The notes: generated by a model from the sequence alone, not told the origin. Shown: positions 9,655 to 19,773, counted from the first letter of the stretch. The stretch: 64,000 nucleotides of DNA from an uncultured Chitinophaga sp. (GCA_964349045.1 CAYGFI010000005.1:5564-69563); one strand, 5' to 3'. Program-made: numbers and translations.

Positions 9655-11721
9655 CTAATCTTTTACCTTACCGTCACTCATTTTTTTGTAATAATTATAA
9701 AGTTCAACCTGTGATCGTATCGGTCTTTCACCGGCGTGTTTTTTATAATGATTACTTTGTGTTTCATCAATAATCCGGGCTTTCACATTATCCATTAACT
9801 GAATGTCAAGTATATGTTTTAACTCAGCCTGAAGATCTTTATCATATACCGGCGCCGACACTTCAATACGGTTGTCGATGTTACGGGTCATCCAATCGGC
9901 TGAAGAAATGAAATACAGCTCTTCTCCCGCGTTACAGAAAACAAAGATCCGGCTATGCTCCAGGTATTTATCAACAATGCTGATCGCTTCAATGTTTTCG
10001 CTTTGCCCGGGAATTCCGGGAATGATTGAACAGGTACCTCTTACGATCAGCTTAATTTTAACACCTGCATTATTTGCCAGGTATAATTTCCTGACCATGT
10101 CGGTATCTACAATGCTGTTAACTTTCAGAATAATAAATGCAGGCAAACCCTTTTTCGCATTTGAAATTTCCGTGTCAATCAAGGCATTTAACCGTTTTCT
10201 CTGGTAATTCGGAGAAACTATGAGCTCTTTGAAATTATAATTTTTAAAGGTATTATTGAAAAAATCAAAAATTTTCCAGACTTCAGCTGCTATGTATTTA
10301 TCTTTGGTAAGCAGCAACAGATCGGAATAAACATTTGCAGTACCTTCGTGAAAGTTACCGGTTCCAATGGCAGAATAATTTACTGTTCGTCCATGTTCGA
10401 TGCGTGAGATGAGTGTAAGTTTACTATGAACCTTAAGTCCGCGTATACCAAAGGTAACTTTTGCGCCAACCTCTTCAAGTCTCTTTGACCAGAATATATT
10501 GGACTTTTCATCAAACCTTGCCTGAAGTTCAATATTCACACTAACACTCTTTCCGTTAAGAGCGGCATTGATCAGAGCGTTGATCACTGCCGAATCGTTT
10601 GCAACCCGGTACAGGGTAGTTTTGATGGAGGTGACTTTTGGATCCATAGATGCCTCCCTTAACCAGTTAATATAATGATTAAACTTCTGGTAGGGAAAAT
10701 GCAACATCATATCCTTTTCAGTGATTACATCGAAAAGACTCTTTCCGGCATGAATCCTGGGATGATTAAGTGGAGGATGAAAATCGTATTGAAGGTGCTT
10801 TTTGCCCAGGTTAGGAAACTTCATAAAATCCTTGAAGTTATGGTACCGGCCACCCGGTATGAGATTATCATCTTCATGGAGATTAAGTCTTTGAATAAGG
10901 TAATGCAGCAGGTCTTTCGACATCTGTTTATCGTACACGAAACGCACCGGCTGACCTTCGCTGCGTCCCTGCACACTCTGATCAATTTTTTCAAGAAAAC
11001 TTTTCGAGAGATCATTGTCTATATCCAGTTCTGCATCCCTCGTCAACTTTATTGTGTACGCTTCAAAATGGTCAAAATGAAACTGAGAGAAAACGATTTT
11101 CAGACCATACCGGATTACATCATCAAGCAGTATCAGGTATTTCCGGGTCAGGATGGGGAAAAGTAAAAACCTGCCCAGCCTTTCGGTTGGCACTTCAATT
11201 ATAGCGTATTCATTTTCAATTTTCGGATCATGGCTCGTCATCTTTACAGCAAGATAGATGGATCTGTCTTTGAGATTCGGAAACTCCTTAACATTATGCA
11301 ACATAATGGGTGTTAAAACCGGAAGTACCTGTTCAATGAAATAGCGGTGGACAAATTCCTGTTTCTTCCGGGTGAGTTGTTTCTCATCAATAATGATAAT
11401 TCTCTCCTTTTCAAGGTCATTGCGAAGTTCCTGGTAAATGCTTTCAAATTTCTTTTGCTGATGTATTACTATTTGCTGAATCTGGTTGAGAATTTCCTTT
11501 GGCTTTTCCTTGTAGGTTGCACCGGTGCTGGCGGCCACATCGATCATTCTTTTTATGGTTGCAACTCTGACTTTAAAAAATTCATCAAGATTATTCGAGA
11601 ATATTCCCAGGAAACGTATTCTCTCTACCAGAGGCACATTCTGATCAGCAGCTTCCTGTAATACTCTTTCATTAAATGAAAGCCAACTGATCTCTCTGTT
11701 TATAATCTTCTTATTCTTCAT
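9655..11721 (-). CDS. ppk1: Polyphosphate kinase 1
   Basis: 688 aa with N-terminus NREISWLSFNERVLQEA. Two C-terminal PLD-like modules are present (VHSKLTLI, EHSRIFVF). Confidence 0.9.
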   Translation of the reverse strand: MKNKKIINREISWLSFNERVLQEAADQNVPLVERIRFLGIFSNNLDEFFKVRVATIKRMIDVAASTGATYKEKPKEILNQIQQIVIHQQKKFESIYQELRNDLEKERIIIIDEKQLTRKKQEFVHRYFIEQVLPVLTPIMLHNVKEFPNLKDRSIYLAVKMTSHDPKIENEYAIIEVPTERLGRFLLFPILTRKYLILLDDVIRYGLKIVFSQFHFDHFEAYTIKLTRDAELDIDNDLSKSFLEKIDQSVQGRSEGQPVRFVYDKQMSKDLLHYLIQRLNLHEDDNLIPGGRYHNFKDFMKFPNLGKKHLQYDFHPPLNHPRIHAGKSLFDVITEKDMMLHFPYQKFNHYINWLREASMDPKVTSIKTTLYRVANDSAVINALINAALNGKSVSVNIELQARFDEKSNIFWSKRLEEVGAKVTFGIRGLKVHSKLTLISRIEHGRTVNYSAIGTGNFHEGTANVYSDLLLLTKDKYIAAEVWKIFDFFNNTFKNYNFKELIVSPNYQRKRLNALIDTEISNAKKGLPAFIILKVNSIVDTDMVRKLYLANNAGVKIKLIVRGTCSIIPGIPGQSENIEAISIVDKYLEHSRIFVFCNAGEELYFISSADWMTRNIDNRIEVSAPVYDKDLQAELKHILDIQLMDNVKARIIDETQSNHYKKHAGERPIRSQVELYNYYKKMSDGKVKD

Positions 11722-11733
11722 CTGCAGATCATG

Positions 11734-12234
11734 CTAAGAATTATGTGGGGAGTCGAAAAATTCACTGGACAGACATTTTCTGCCAATCCCTTTCCAACTG
11801 TCTGCTTTAAAACGCAGCATTACCAATCCAGCTGTTGGAATATTATCTATATTGAGTCGTGACAGGTAATTTGCCAATTCCGTAAAACCCGGGTTATGCC
11901 CAAAGATCATCAGAGACTTCCGGGAATCATCGGTAGAAGTAATGACTGACATAATTTCCAGGTATTCTGCAAGATAGATATCCTGGTTAATAATAATTTC
12001 ATCAGCAGGAAAATTGAGCACGCGAGAGAAAATGATAGCTGTATGCAATGCACGTGCGGCCGGGCTGCTGATCACAGCATCCGGAAGAATTGCGTTCTTC
12101 AAAACCCGGTTTGCCATTTCATACGCATCTTTAATACCGCGGTCCTTCAGAGGACGGTCGATATCCGATACCGCAGGATAGTCCCAGGTTGATTTACCGT
12201 GACGAACAATAAAAAGTAACTTCTCTTCTGCCAT
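11734..12234 (-). CDS. SixA-type histidine phosphatase family protein
   Basis: 166 aa with the RHGKS catalytic motif near the N-terminus and a second His in GHNPG. Confidence 0.7.
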   Translation of the reverse strand: MAEEKLLFIVRHGKSTWDYPAVSDIDRPLKDRGIKDAYEMANRVLKNAILPDAVISSPAARALHTAIIFSRVLNFPADEIIINQDIYLAEYLEIMSVITSTDDSRKSLMIFGHNPGFTELANYLSRLNIDNIPTAGLVMLRFKADSWKGIGRKCLSSEFFDSPHNS

Positions 12235-12240
12235 AAACGA

Positions 12241-13578
12241 TTACAATAAATTACTGGCCAGATCAGCAAGATAGCTTCGCTCACCTTTAACCAGGTTAAC
12301 ATGAGCAAAGATATCCTGGCCTCTCATTCTGTCAGCAAGATACGATAATCCGTTTGATTTTGTATCGAGATATGGGGAGTCAATTTGGTGAATATCCCCT
12401 GTAAAAATCATTTTCGTTCCCTCTCCTGCCCTGGTAATGATCGTCTTCACTTCATGAGGAGTCAGATTCTGCGCCTCATCCACGATAAAAAATACACGGG
12501 AAAGACTTCTCCCCCTGATATATGCAAGCGGTGTAATTACCAGTTTCTCTGTCTGAAGCATTTCCTCAATTTTGATAAAATCTTTGCTGGAGGTTGTGAA
12601 TTTTTGTTTAATCACAGAAAGATTATCAAACAAAGGCTGCATGTAGGGTTGCATTTTATCATCAATGGTTCCGGGTAGGAAACCCATGTCGCGGTTTGAA
12701 AGTGGGACAACAGGCCGGGCCAGAAATATCTGTACATACATTTTCCTTTGCTGCAGGGCGGCAGCCAGGGCCAGCAGTGTTTTCCCCGTTCCGGCTTTAC
12801 CCGTCAGCGCAACGAGTTGAACTTCGGGCCGCAGCAGAGCATCGAGGGCAAAGGTCTGCTCGGCATTCCGGGGTTCGATACCATACGTTTTTAATTTTTC
12901 CACCCGGTTTATGGCTTTGTTAAAAGGATCGTAATGAGCAAGCGCGCTGACATTGTCATTTTTAAAAATGAAATACTGGTGTGCAATGACCTCCCTTTTA
13001 ATGCCAAATTCCTTTGATGCGACACCTTCAAACTGCTGGTACAACTTGGAAATAGCATCTTTTGATGCGTCTTCAACCACGTCAATCCCTTTGTAGATAT
13101 CCGCAATGTTCTGAACTTTATCATTTTCATAGTCCTGCGACATAATTCCAAGGGATTTGGCTTTCATCCTCAGGTTAATGTCTTTCGTGATCAATACAAC
13201 CGGCCGGTCCTGGAATTTGGTATAAACAAATTCCGTGATGGCCAGAATGCGATGGTCCGGGGTATTTTCCGGGAACGAGTTACGAAGTTTATCGGAAAAA
13301 GGTTTTCCGGTTTCAATCGAGAGTTTTCCCATCCCTTTTCCAAGAGGTAATCCGCCATTGAAAAGTGTGTCGCCGGAAATTTTATCCAGCTCCCTTGTAA
13401 ATTCACGGGCATGATAATTGATCAGGTCGTTTCCTTTTTTGAACTTATCCAGTTCTTCCAGCACGGTGATCGGGACGATAATATCATTTTCCTCAAATTT
13501 ATAAATACACTTGTAATCATGGAGAAGTACGTTGGTGTCAAGAATAAAGATCTTTTTTGCTTTTTTTGCTTTCTTCAT
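12241..13578 (-). CDS. PhoH-like ATPase with N-terminal PIN domain
   Basis: 445 aa with a PIN-like start FILDTNVLLHD. Walker A is GKAGTGKT, followed by FFIVDEAQN (Walker B-like) and the PhoH C-terminal region. Confidence 0.8.
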   Translation of the reverse strand: MKKAKKAKKIFILDTNVLLHDYKCIYKFEENDIIVPITVLEELDKFKKGNDLINYHAREFTRELDKISGDTLFNGGLPLGKGMGKLSIETGKPFSDKLRNSFPENTPDHRILAITEFVYTKFQDRPVVLITKDINLRMKAKSLGIMSQDYENDKVQNIADIYKGIDVVEDASKDAISKLYQQFEGVASKEFGIKREVIAHQYFIFKNDNVSALAHYDPFNKAINRVEKLKTYGIEPRNAEQTFALDALLRPEVQLVALTGKAGTGKTLLALAAALQQRKMYVQIFLARPVVPLSNRDMGFLPGTIDDKMQPYMQPLFDNLSVIKQKFTTSSKDFIKIEEMLQTEKLVITPLAYIRGRSLSRVFFIVDEAQNLTPHEVKTIITRAGEGTKMIFTGDIHQIDSPYLDTKSNGLSYLADRMRGQDIFAHVNLVKGERSYLADLASNLL

Positions 13579-13681
13579 GTATCCGTTTTTTAACTATTTT
13601 TGACAAGGCTAAAATAATCAAATTCCAATCCCTGCTACCGTTGATAACCTGTTCATAACTGCAATTATTTAAATAAAGCTC

Positions 13682-14200
13682 ATGAATTTACTTGATGTAA
13701 TTAAAAAAAGAAGAAGCATAAGAAGCTTTACCGCACAAAAAATTGAAAAAGAAAAAACCGAAGCTCTTCTGCAGGCAGCCATGTATGCGCCTTCTGCTGT
13801 AAACAAACAGCCATGGCATTTTATCGTGATCGATGACCGCCTTATTATGAATGAGATCATGAAAATACATCCTCATTCTAAAATGCTTACAACAGCCAAT
13901 CAATGTATCCTGGTTTGTGGGGATTTAAAACAGCAGCACGATACCGGATATTGGATTACCGATTGCGCCGCGGCAACAGAGAATATACTGCTTGCAGCCA
14001 CCGCATTGGGACTCGGGTCCTGCTGGGTTGGAATTTATCCCCGGGAAGCGAGGATGAACGCGATGAGGGAGATTTTCGACCTTCCAGCCCATGTGGAAGC
14101 CTTTGCCCTCGTGGCTCTTGGTTATCCTGCAGAGGAGAAAAAAACTCCGGAACGATTCCAGCCTGACAAAATTTATTTAAACCAATGGGGAAAGAGTTAA
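13682..14200 (+). CDS. Nitroreductase family protein
   Basis: 172 aa with N-terminal RRSIRSF, PSAVNKQPW, and a size typical of small FMN nitroreductases. Confidence 0.7.
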   Translation: MNLLDVIKKRRSIRSFTAQKIEKEKTEALLQAAMYAPSAVNKQPWHFIVIDDRLIMNEIMKIHPHSKMLTTANQCILVCGDLKQQHDTGYWITDCAAATENILLAATALGLGSCWVGIYPREARMNAMREIFDLPAHVEAFALVALGYPAEEKKTPERFQPDKIYLNQWGKS

Positions 14201-14240
14201 ACGCAGATCCCGCTGTGACTGCGCTTATATAATAAATACC

Positions 14241-15551
14241 ATGAACTATATCCAAACCGTAGACTACCTTTTCTCCCACCTGCCTCTTTTCCATAGAACA
14301 GGACCCGCTGCCTACAAAGCTAATCTCGATAATACACATGCCCTGGATGAGTTTTTTGGCCATCCTCACCACTCCTTTAAAACGGTTCACGTGGCCGGAA
14401 CCAATGGCAAAGGTTCGGTTTCGCATATGCTTGCGGCAATTTTGCAGACGGCAGGATATAAAACAGGATTATTCACCAGCCCCCACCTTGTTGATTTCCG
14501 TGAAAGAATGCGTGTAAATGGCATCATGATCACAGAGGACTATGTTTGCCGTTTCGTGGAAGAAAACTTCGGTCTGATTGAAAAAATCAAACCCTCTTTT
14601 TTCGAACTGACAACCCTCATGGCTTTTTGTTATTTTGCCGATTCAAACGTTGATATCGCTGTAATTGAAACAGGAATGGGTGGCAGGCTTGATTCATCCA
14701 ATATCATTACCCCGATTGTTTCGGTAATTACCAATATTGGTCTTGACCATACTCAGTTCCTCGGCAATTCGCTTGAATTGATTGCCGCTGAGAAGGCCGG
14801 AATTATTAAAAAAAATGTTCCCGTGGTTATTGGAGAATGGCAAAAGGAAACTGCAGGGGTTTTTAAAACTTTCGCGGAAAATATGCATGCCGGTCTTTTT
14901 TATGCTTCGGAAAAGTACACCGTACAGTCAACATTTCAGAATCTGAACCGCAAACAGATCATGATGGTCCGTAGTGGAGAAAATCTTATTTACGATGCGC
15001 TTGCTGTGGATCTTCTGGGGTTTTATCAGAAAAAAAATGTTGCAAGCGTACTTCAGACGGTCGATTGCCTGAAAGAGGCCGCTATTTATATTTCGAGGGA
15101 GGCGATTTACGAAGGATTTCAGGATGTTACTCCGATAACCGGATTACGGGGACGATGGGAAACTATCGGCCACAATCCCCTGACCATTTGCGATGTAGGG
15201 CACAATGCCGGTGGAATATATGAAGTAGTTGAGCAGATCTGTCACACACCTTACCAAAGACTACATTTTGTTTTTGGTATGGTTAGTGATAAGGATCCAA
15301 AAAGTGTACTTTCACTATTGCCTAAAGAGGCAATATATTATTTTACAAAAGCAGATATCCCAAGAGCGCTTGATCCGGGAATTCTCCTGCAAACCTCAAA
15401 ATCATTTGGACTAACAGGCGAATCCTTTCCTGACACAATTACAGCCTGTGAAGTCGCCCGGTCATCAGCAAACAGGGAAGACCTAGTTTTTATAGCAGGT
15501 AGTACTTTTGTCGTTGCGGAAGTATTAAAGCGCTTTCCTAGAGGGTTCTAA
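14241..15551 (+). CDS. folC: Bifunctional folylpolyglutamate synthase / dihydrofolate synthase
   Basis: 436 aa with P-loop HVAGTNGKGS, ITNIGLDH, and a Mur-ligase-type architecture. Confidence 0.85.
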   Translation: MNYIQTVDYLFSHLPLFHRTGPAAYKANLDNTHALDEFFGHPHHSFKTVHVAGTNGKGSVSHMLAAILQTAGYKTGLFTSPHLVDFRERMRVNGIMITEDYVCRFVEENFGLIEKIKPSFFELTTLMAFCYFADSNVDIAVIETGMGGRLDSSNIITPIVSVITNIGLDHTQFLGNSLELIAAEKAGIIKKNVPVVIGEWQKETAGVFKTFAENMHAGLFYASEKYTVQSTFQNLNRKQIMMVRSGENLIYDALAVDLLGFYQKKNVASVLQTVDCLKEAAIYISREAIYEGFQDVTPITGLRGRWETIGHNPLTICDVGHNAGGIYEVVEQICHTPYQRLHFVFGMVSDKDPKSVLSLLPKEAIYYFTKADIPRALDPGILLQTSKSFGLTGESFPDTITACEVARSSANREDLVFIAGSTFVVAEVLKRFPRGF

Positions 15552-15591
15552 GTAAACAGGTGGAAATCTCTCTTTTAAATAAATCCTGATT

Positions 15592-15828
15592 TTGTCAGAT
15601 GGATATGGCGCTTTTATTATATATTTGACAGATACACCTGACAATAGTAATAAACTTTTTCAATTTTCGGTACCAGGAATAAACTCCGTTGACACCACCT
15701 TCCAACGGTATTTATGGAATAGAATTAACTGGAACAATCGACTGATTTCTATAACCGGAGCAAGGGGTGTGGGTAAAACAACCATGCTATTAAGATCAAT
15801 CTTTTTACTACTTTTGCCGTTGATTTAG
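15592..15828 (+). pseudogene. Truncated AAA-family ATPase gene remnant (N-terminal ~78 codons only)
   Basis: The ORF begins at TTG, contains Walker A ITGARGVGKTTML and stops 13 codons later. Intact ATPases with this type of N-terminus are several hundred aa long. It lies directly upstream of the tRNA-associated tandem repeat. Confidence 0.4.
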
Positions 15829-15920
15829 GTTTTTAGGTTATATTAAAATTTAAAAAATATCACAAGTTTCATTTTTATCCAAACCAACCTGATAGGCTAA
15901 TAGTCTAAAAGCCTGTCAAA

Positions 15921-16126
15921 GGAGAGATGCCGGAGAGGTCGATTAACCATCGCTGAAGCTACGGTTAATGAAAATGAGGCAGTCTCAAAAACTAATGTAG
16001 TGTTCTTAAATTAATAGCGTTCAGGAGAGATGCCGGAGTGGTCGATTAACCATCGCTGAAGCTACGGTCAATGAAATTGAGGCAGTCTCAAAAACTGATG
16101 TAGTGTTCTTAAATTAATAGCGTTCA
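15921..16126 (+). repeat. Two tandem 103-bp units, each starting with the first ~22 nt of the downstream tRNA-Ser and containing a degenerate anticodon-arm-like segment
   Basis: Unit 1 is 15921-16023 and unit 2 is 16024-16126; they differ at 4 positions. Both begin GGAGAGATGCCGGAG(A/T)GGTCGA, as the tRNA does at 16127. Both contain GGCAGTCTCAAAAACT, compared with GGCAGTCTCGAAAACT in the tRNA. No T-arm or acceptor 3' strand is present. Confidence 0.85.
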
Positions 16127-16214
16127 GGAGAGATGCCGGAGTGGTCGAACGGGGCAGTCTCGAAAACTGTTGTCCCGCTTCGCGGGACCGGGGGTTCGAA
16201 TCCCTTTCTCTCCG
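16127..16214 (+). tRNA. tRNA-Ser (anticodon CGA)
   Basis: Hand-folded. The acceptor stem is GGAGAGA/TCTCTCC with discriminator G. The anticodon stem is GCAGT/ACTGT with loop CTCGAAA. The long variable arm is GTCCCGC-TTC-GCGGGAC, and a T-loop TTCGAAT is present. CCA is not encoded. Confidence 0.85.
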
Positions 16215-16245
16215 CCTTCGGCGGACACAGTCCGCAATCAAAAAG

Positions 16246-16270
16246 CCCGGGTGCGCAGCACCGGGTTTTT
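16246..16270 (+). terminator. Rho-independent terminator after tRNA-Ser
   Basis: The stem CCCGGGTGC / GCACCGGG has 8 bp with one bulge and a 3-nt loop, followed by TTTTT. It is preceded by a second small hairpin, GCGGAC-ACA-GTCCGC, at 16221-16235. Confidence 0.6.
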
Positions 16271-16443
16271 ATATTTAAAGACCGTTGAAAGCGAAGCTTT
16301 CATAAGAGATTTAAATGTAAAAACCCAATGCGACCGGAGGGAGCACGGGCTTTTTGATTGAAGCCTCCCCTATCAGTCGATCACGATCCGCCATAGGCTG
16401 AGAGTAATCCCTCTTTTATCATTCAAATACTACTGTAAAGAAC

Positions 16444-16460
16444 TTGCGTTTACGTAAACA
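16444..16460. promoter_or_regulatory. Candidate LacI-family operator (autoregulatory), partial version of the 20-bp palindrome found at 27344 and 32383
   Basis: TTGCGTTTACGTAAACA sits ~143 bp upstream of the LacI-family gene. Its left half is identical to that of the two full sites. The core GTTTACGTAAAC is a perfect 12-bp palindrome. Confidence 0.4.
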
Positions 16461-16602
16461 TGCTGGAAATAAATTGTTTCTTATATCTTTGTATAAATAC
16501 AAAGAATATGAAACCCAAATGTGCTTCGAACATAAAAACTTATTAATGTAATTCCCTGATATTTGGGTTCCATCAGGCCATTAAAAAATAAACTATATTC
16601 TG

Positions 16603-17655
16603 ATGAAAAAGAATACTCCCGATGGAGTAAAGAAAATAGCCCTCCTGGCAGGAGTTTCCATAGGGACGGTTGATCGGGTTCTGCACAACCGGGGAAGGGT
16701 ATCCTTAGCCACCCAGCAAAAGGTTAATGAAATCATAAAGCAGATAAATTATAAACCGAATATTCTGGCGCGTTCGCTGGCTACCAGCAAAAAAAGAACC
16801 GTAGCAATACTTATCCCGGAACCAAAGGAAGATGCATATTGGGAGCAAGTTTATGATGGGGCAATGGATTCTTTAGCAAAATGTGAACAGTTTAGTATTT
16901 TAATAAAGATGTATTTTTTTAATAACAGGAATTCCTTTGATGCCGCTGCCGGGGAAATATTGAAAAGCCGTCCCGACGGATTAATTATGGCGCCAATCTT
17001 TCTTGAAGAAGGGATGTCGCTTTTCAATGAATGCAATTCAGCTTCCATCCCGGTGATTATGTTCAACACCAGCATACCCTTCACCCAACCTTTGAGTTTT
17101 ATTGGCACTGATTCCTTTCAAAGTGGCATGGCAGCTGCAGAGTTGCTCAATCTGACAGCTTCGGATAAGGGCATATTTGCCATATTGCATTTTGATGAAG
17201 AATTAAAAAATGCCCCGCACATGCTGGAGAAAGAACGGGGATTTCTTACCTATTTGAAAAAGGAATGCAAAGGCAGGGAATATATTTCCGTGACAATGAA
17301 TAATCAACGACAATATTATTACAGTCAGATACAGAGAATGTTTGAGCAAAACCAGATTTCCGGTATTTTCGTTAGTACCTCCAAAGCTCACCGGATTGGA
17401 TCATACCTGCAAAAAGAGAATATTAAGGGAGTACGCCTTGTGGGATATGATCTTGTCCCAAAAAACATTGATCTTATGAAAGCAGGAATTATCGACTTTC
17501 TTATCAATCAGAATCCTAAACGACAGGTACAACAAAGTATAAATTCCGTTCGGAATTATCTTCTATACAAGGAAAATATAGATCAAAAAAAGTTATTCCC
17601 AATAGAAATAATCATAAAAAGTAACCTTTCAACCTACCTGGATCCGGAAATTTAA
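16603..17655 (+). CDS. LacI family transcriptional regulator
   Basis: 350 aa. The N-terminal HTH is IALLAGVSIGTVDRVLHNRGRVS...YKPNILARSLA, followed by a periplasmic-binding-protein-like sugar-binding core. Confidence 0.85.
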   Translation: MKKNTPDGVKKIALLAGVSIGTVDRVLHNRGRVSLATQQKVNEIIKQINYKPNILARSLATSKKRTVAILIPEPKEDAYWEQVYDGAMDSLAKCEQFSILIKMYFFNNRNSFDAAAGEILKSRPDGLIMAPIFLEEGMSLFNECNSASIPVIMFNTSIPFTQPLSFIGTDSFQSGMAAAELLNLTASDKGIFAILHFDEELKNAPHMLEKERGFLTYLKKECKGREYISVTMNNQRQYYYSQIQRMFEQNQISGIFVSTSKAHRIGSYLQKENIKGVRLVGYDLVPKNIDLMKAGIIDFLINQNPKRQVQQSINSVRNYLLYKENIDQKKLFPIEIIIKSNLSTYLDPEI

Positions 17656-17721
17656 CAGGAAGTTATTCGGTTCTGAAAAAAACAAAATATTGTGTCAGTC
17701 ACGTACAATTCTTGTGGCTCA

Positions 17722-19773
17722 TCACCTTGAAATTTGAATGACCTGTGTCCGAAGGGCAGGAATTGTAAGAAACAATTGGTTGTCATCGGATTTTACAGCT
17801 TGATTACTCACCATTTCAACAACTGAATATTTTCCTGAAATTTTAAGTTCAGCAAGGTCAAGTGTAATAATGCACTTTACATCTTCATTTTCATTGTTTC
17901 TGACGGTAAAAAAGAGTTCTGATGTTTCTCCAAAACGTTCAATTCGTATTGTCTCCAAATTACATCTGGCACCGGTAACCGGCTCCCATCCCGCTCCGGC
18001 AATCTGCTTAATGACAGGTATGTACTTTTTAAAAAACGGACGTCCATTTTCAATTTTAGTCTTGTCTTCCCAATAAGGATCGTTCGAGGCATCCACACTG
18101 AAAAATGAGGGGAAGAAACCATAAGCCAGCAGTTTTTCGAAATATAATTCATATCCTTTGTAAGGAGATTCTGTAAATGCCTTATCATTTAAACCTTCAT
18201 TCAATAGAAATACTATCGGTTTCTGAAAAGAAATAGCCCTTTTAAAATCTAGTGCCTCAGAATTATGGGCATCTGTTGAGTACCAGCTCAATTCGGCTCC
18301 AAACAAATCCAGGTTAGCCGCGGCAAATGGATTCCATCCATGCCCGTTACCCATGGCCAGTTTTCCCTGGGAGTGCATCTCATCAGCAATTTTCTTCATA
18401 AACTCAAATTCAGAGCTAAAATTCCAGATTGCAGGTTTCAATGCATCTGCGGAAAAAGTAAGAGGATAATCAGTATGCTTATAGTGTTCATCGCGGTAGT
18501 TCAAATCATGGTGCCAGTTCCATTCCATTGAATCAAAATAAATTCCATCTGCATTCATTTTCATCGCGGGCCGGATTTCAGTCTGTAAAACATACTGATA
18601 CCGGTTATATCCTGAAAGATCCGGATCACAGTTTGTAGTAATGCTTACGGCCCATCCCGAACTGAACCATGGAGTTTCGAGTCTCCGCATCTGCCATCGT
18701 CCGTTCTTATCATCGGTTGCACTGTTACGAATGTACTCCCTGTGGTTATTGGGTATCATCTTATCTGATATAAGAGTATCGTAAGGTATTTGTTTGGTGA
18801 GGATAGGTAATTGAATATCCCAGGGTTCAGTATATTGAAAACTCAGTACACCTGTTCCTTTATCGGATAAAATATTAGGCGTTTTTACACCATCCTTTAT
18901 ATCAAAACTATTCCAGGAAGTTTCGTGAAAGGCGAATCCAAAATCCTCCCATTCAGAAATAGAACGGAGTGATGTAAAAGGGAGCCAGGTTCCTTCATTT
19001 ACCACTCTCTTTTTAAAAGGTTCAGGATAAATGGTATAATAATGTTTGAGAGCTGCTCTCATTCCCCAATTTCCATTAAACGTAAACTGGCACAACTTAA
19101 AAAAAGCCCGGTTTGGGAATTTTTCGGTCAGGGGACTTGTTGCAATATCAAATTCCGCGAATAATCCCTTTTCAATTGCAGCGCCCAGGCGATAAACTAT
19201 TGGGAGCGTCAGATCAATTCCGATTCCTTTTCCCTCATTATCAATACCTACAGCACAAAGCGGGTAAAATGACATAGTTCCCATCCCAACAGCATCTCCA
19301 TATCCACCATCGTATAAACTTTCGCCATTGAATGATCCATCCGGAGGCAAAACAGTAGCAATTGGAACAGTGTCATAATAACTCTTACCAGGCTTCATTT
19401 CTTCCGATTTTTCCAATCCACGGAACCACTTCCAGTTATTTCCCTTCATTGGGAAAATTATTCGAAGAGTTATACATGAACTACCCGGATCGAGGTATTC
19501 CAATTCTCCATTTACTTCAAAAAAATTTCCCCTGTCAATTTCGTGAATCACAACCTGGTAAAGATTATTTCGATACTGTGTTATCCTGGCATTCGGGCTA
19601 ATCTTTACATCGAATATTTCAAGATTTGTAGGCTGATTGTCAGGCTTATCCGGTTGCATGTACTCAACCTGAATGGGATTATTATAAACATGGTTTTCAG
19701 CAAATGTTGTGAAGCAACTTAAGAAAATTCCAAAGAACAATACGCTGGTTTTAAATACTTTGCAATTAAACAT
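17722..19773 (-). CDS. Secreted protein of unknown function (candidate novel glycan-active enzyme)
   Basis: 683 aa with a signal peptide (FFGIFLSCFTTFA). I recognise no family signature. It is the last gene of the SusC/SusD string. Confidence 0.5.
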   Translation of the reverse strand: MFNCKVFKTSVLFFGIFLSCFTTFAENHVYNNPIQVEYMQPDKPDNQPTNLEIFDVKISPNARITQYRNNLYQVVIHEIDRGNFFEVNGELEYLDPGSSCITLRIIFPMKGNNWKWFRGLEKSEEMKPGKSYYDTVPIATVLPPDGSFNGESLYDGGYGDAVGMGTMSFYPLCAVGIDNEGKGIGIDLTLPIVYRLGAAIEKGLFAEFDIATSPLTEKFPNRAFFKLCQFTFNGNWGMRAALKHYYTIYPEPFKKRVVNEGTWLPFTSLRSISEWEDFGFAFHETSWNSFDIKDGVKTPNILSDKGTGVLSFQYTEPWDIQLPILTKQIPYDTLISDKMIPNNHREYIRNSATDDKNGRWQMRRLETPWFSSGWAVSITTNCDPDLSGYNRYQYVLQTEIRPAMKMNADGIYFDSMEWNWHHDLNYRDEHYKHTDYPLTFSADALKPAIWNFSSEFEFMKKIADEMHSQGKLAMGNGHGWNPFAAANLDLFGAELSWYSTDAHNSEALDFKRAISFQKPIVFLLNEGLNDKAFTESPYKGYELYFEKLLAYGFFPSFFSVDASNDPYWEDKTKIENGRPFFKKYIPVIKQIAGAGWEPVTGARCNLETIRIERFGETSELFFTVRNNENEDVKCIITLDLAELKISGKYSVVEMVSNQAVKSDDNQLFLTIPALRTQVIQISR

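Noticed and set aside
10675-11166. 163-aa ORF antisense to ppk1 (similar cases: 13956-14426 across nitroreductase/folC, 49920-50474 inside the FAS1 gene, 57844-58317 inside the 700-aa gene)
   Set aside because: These are shadow ORFs of long, confidently assigned genes. They have no independent signals or motifs.
8849-13578. IMPase, ppk1, SixA-like phosphatase and PIN-PhoH adjacency considered as a special phosphate-stress system
   Set aside because: All four are common housekeeping families in Bacteroidota. Co-directional clustering alone, without unusual sequence features, does not justify a novel-system claim.
15921-16126. Tandem 103-bp repeats considered as a CRISPR array or minisatellite
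   Set aside because: There are only two contiguous units with no spacers, no cas genes nearby, and unit content derived from the adjacent tRNA. They are reported as a tRNA-associated repeat instead.
16170-16361. 63-aa ORF from the ORF track
   Set aside because: It starts inside tRNA-Ser (16127-16214) and runs through its terminator hairpins. Its composition reflects tRNA and terminator sequence, not coding sequence.
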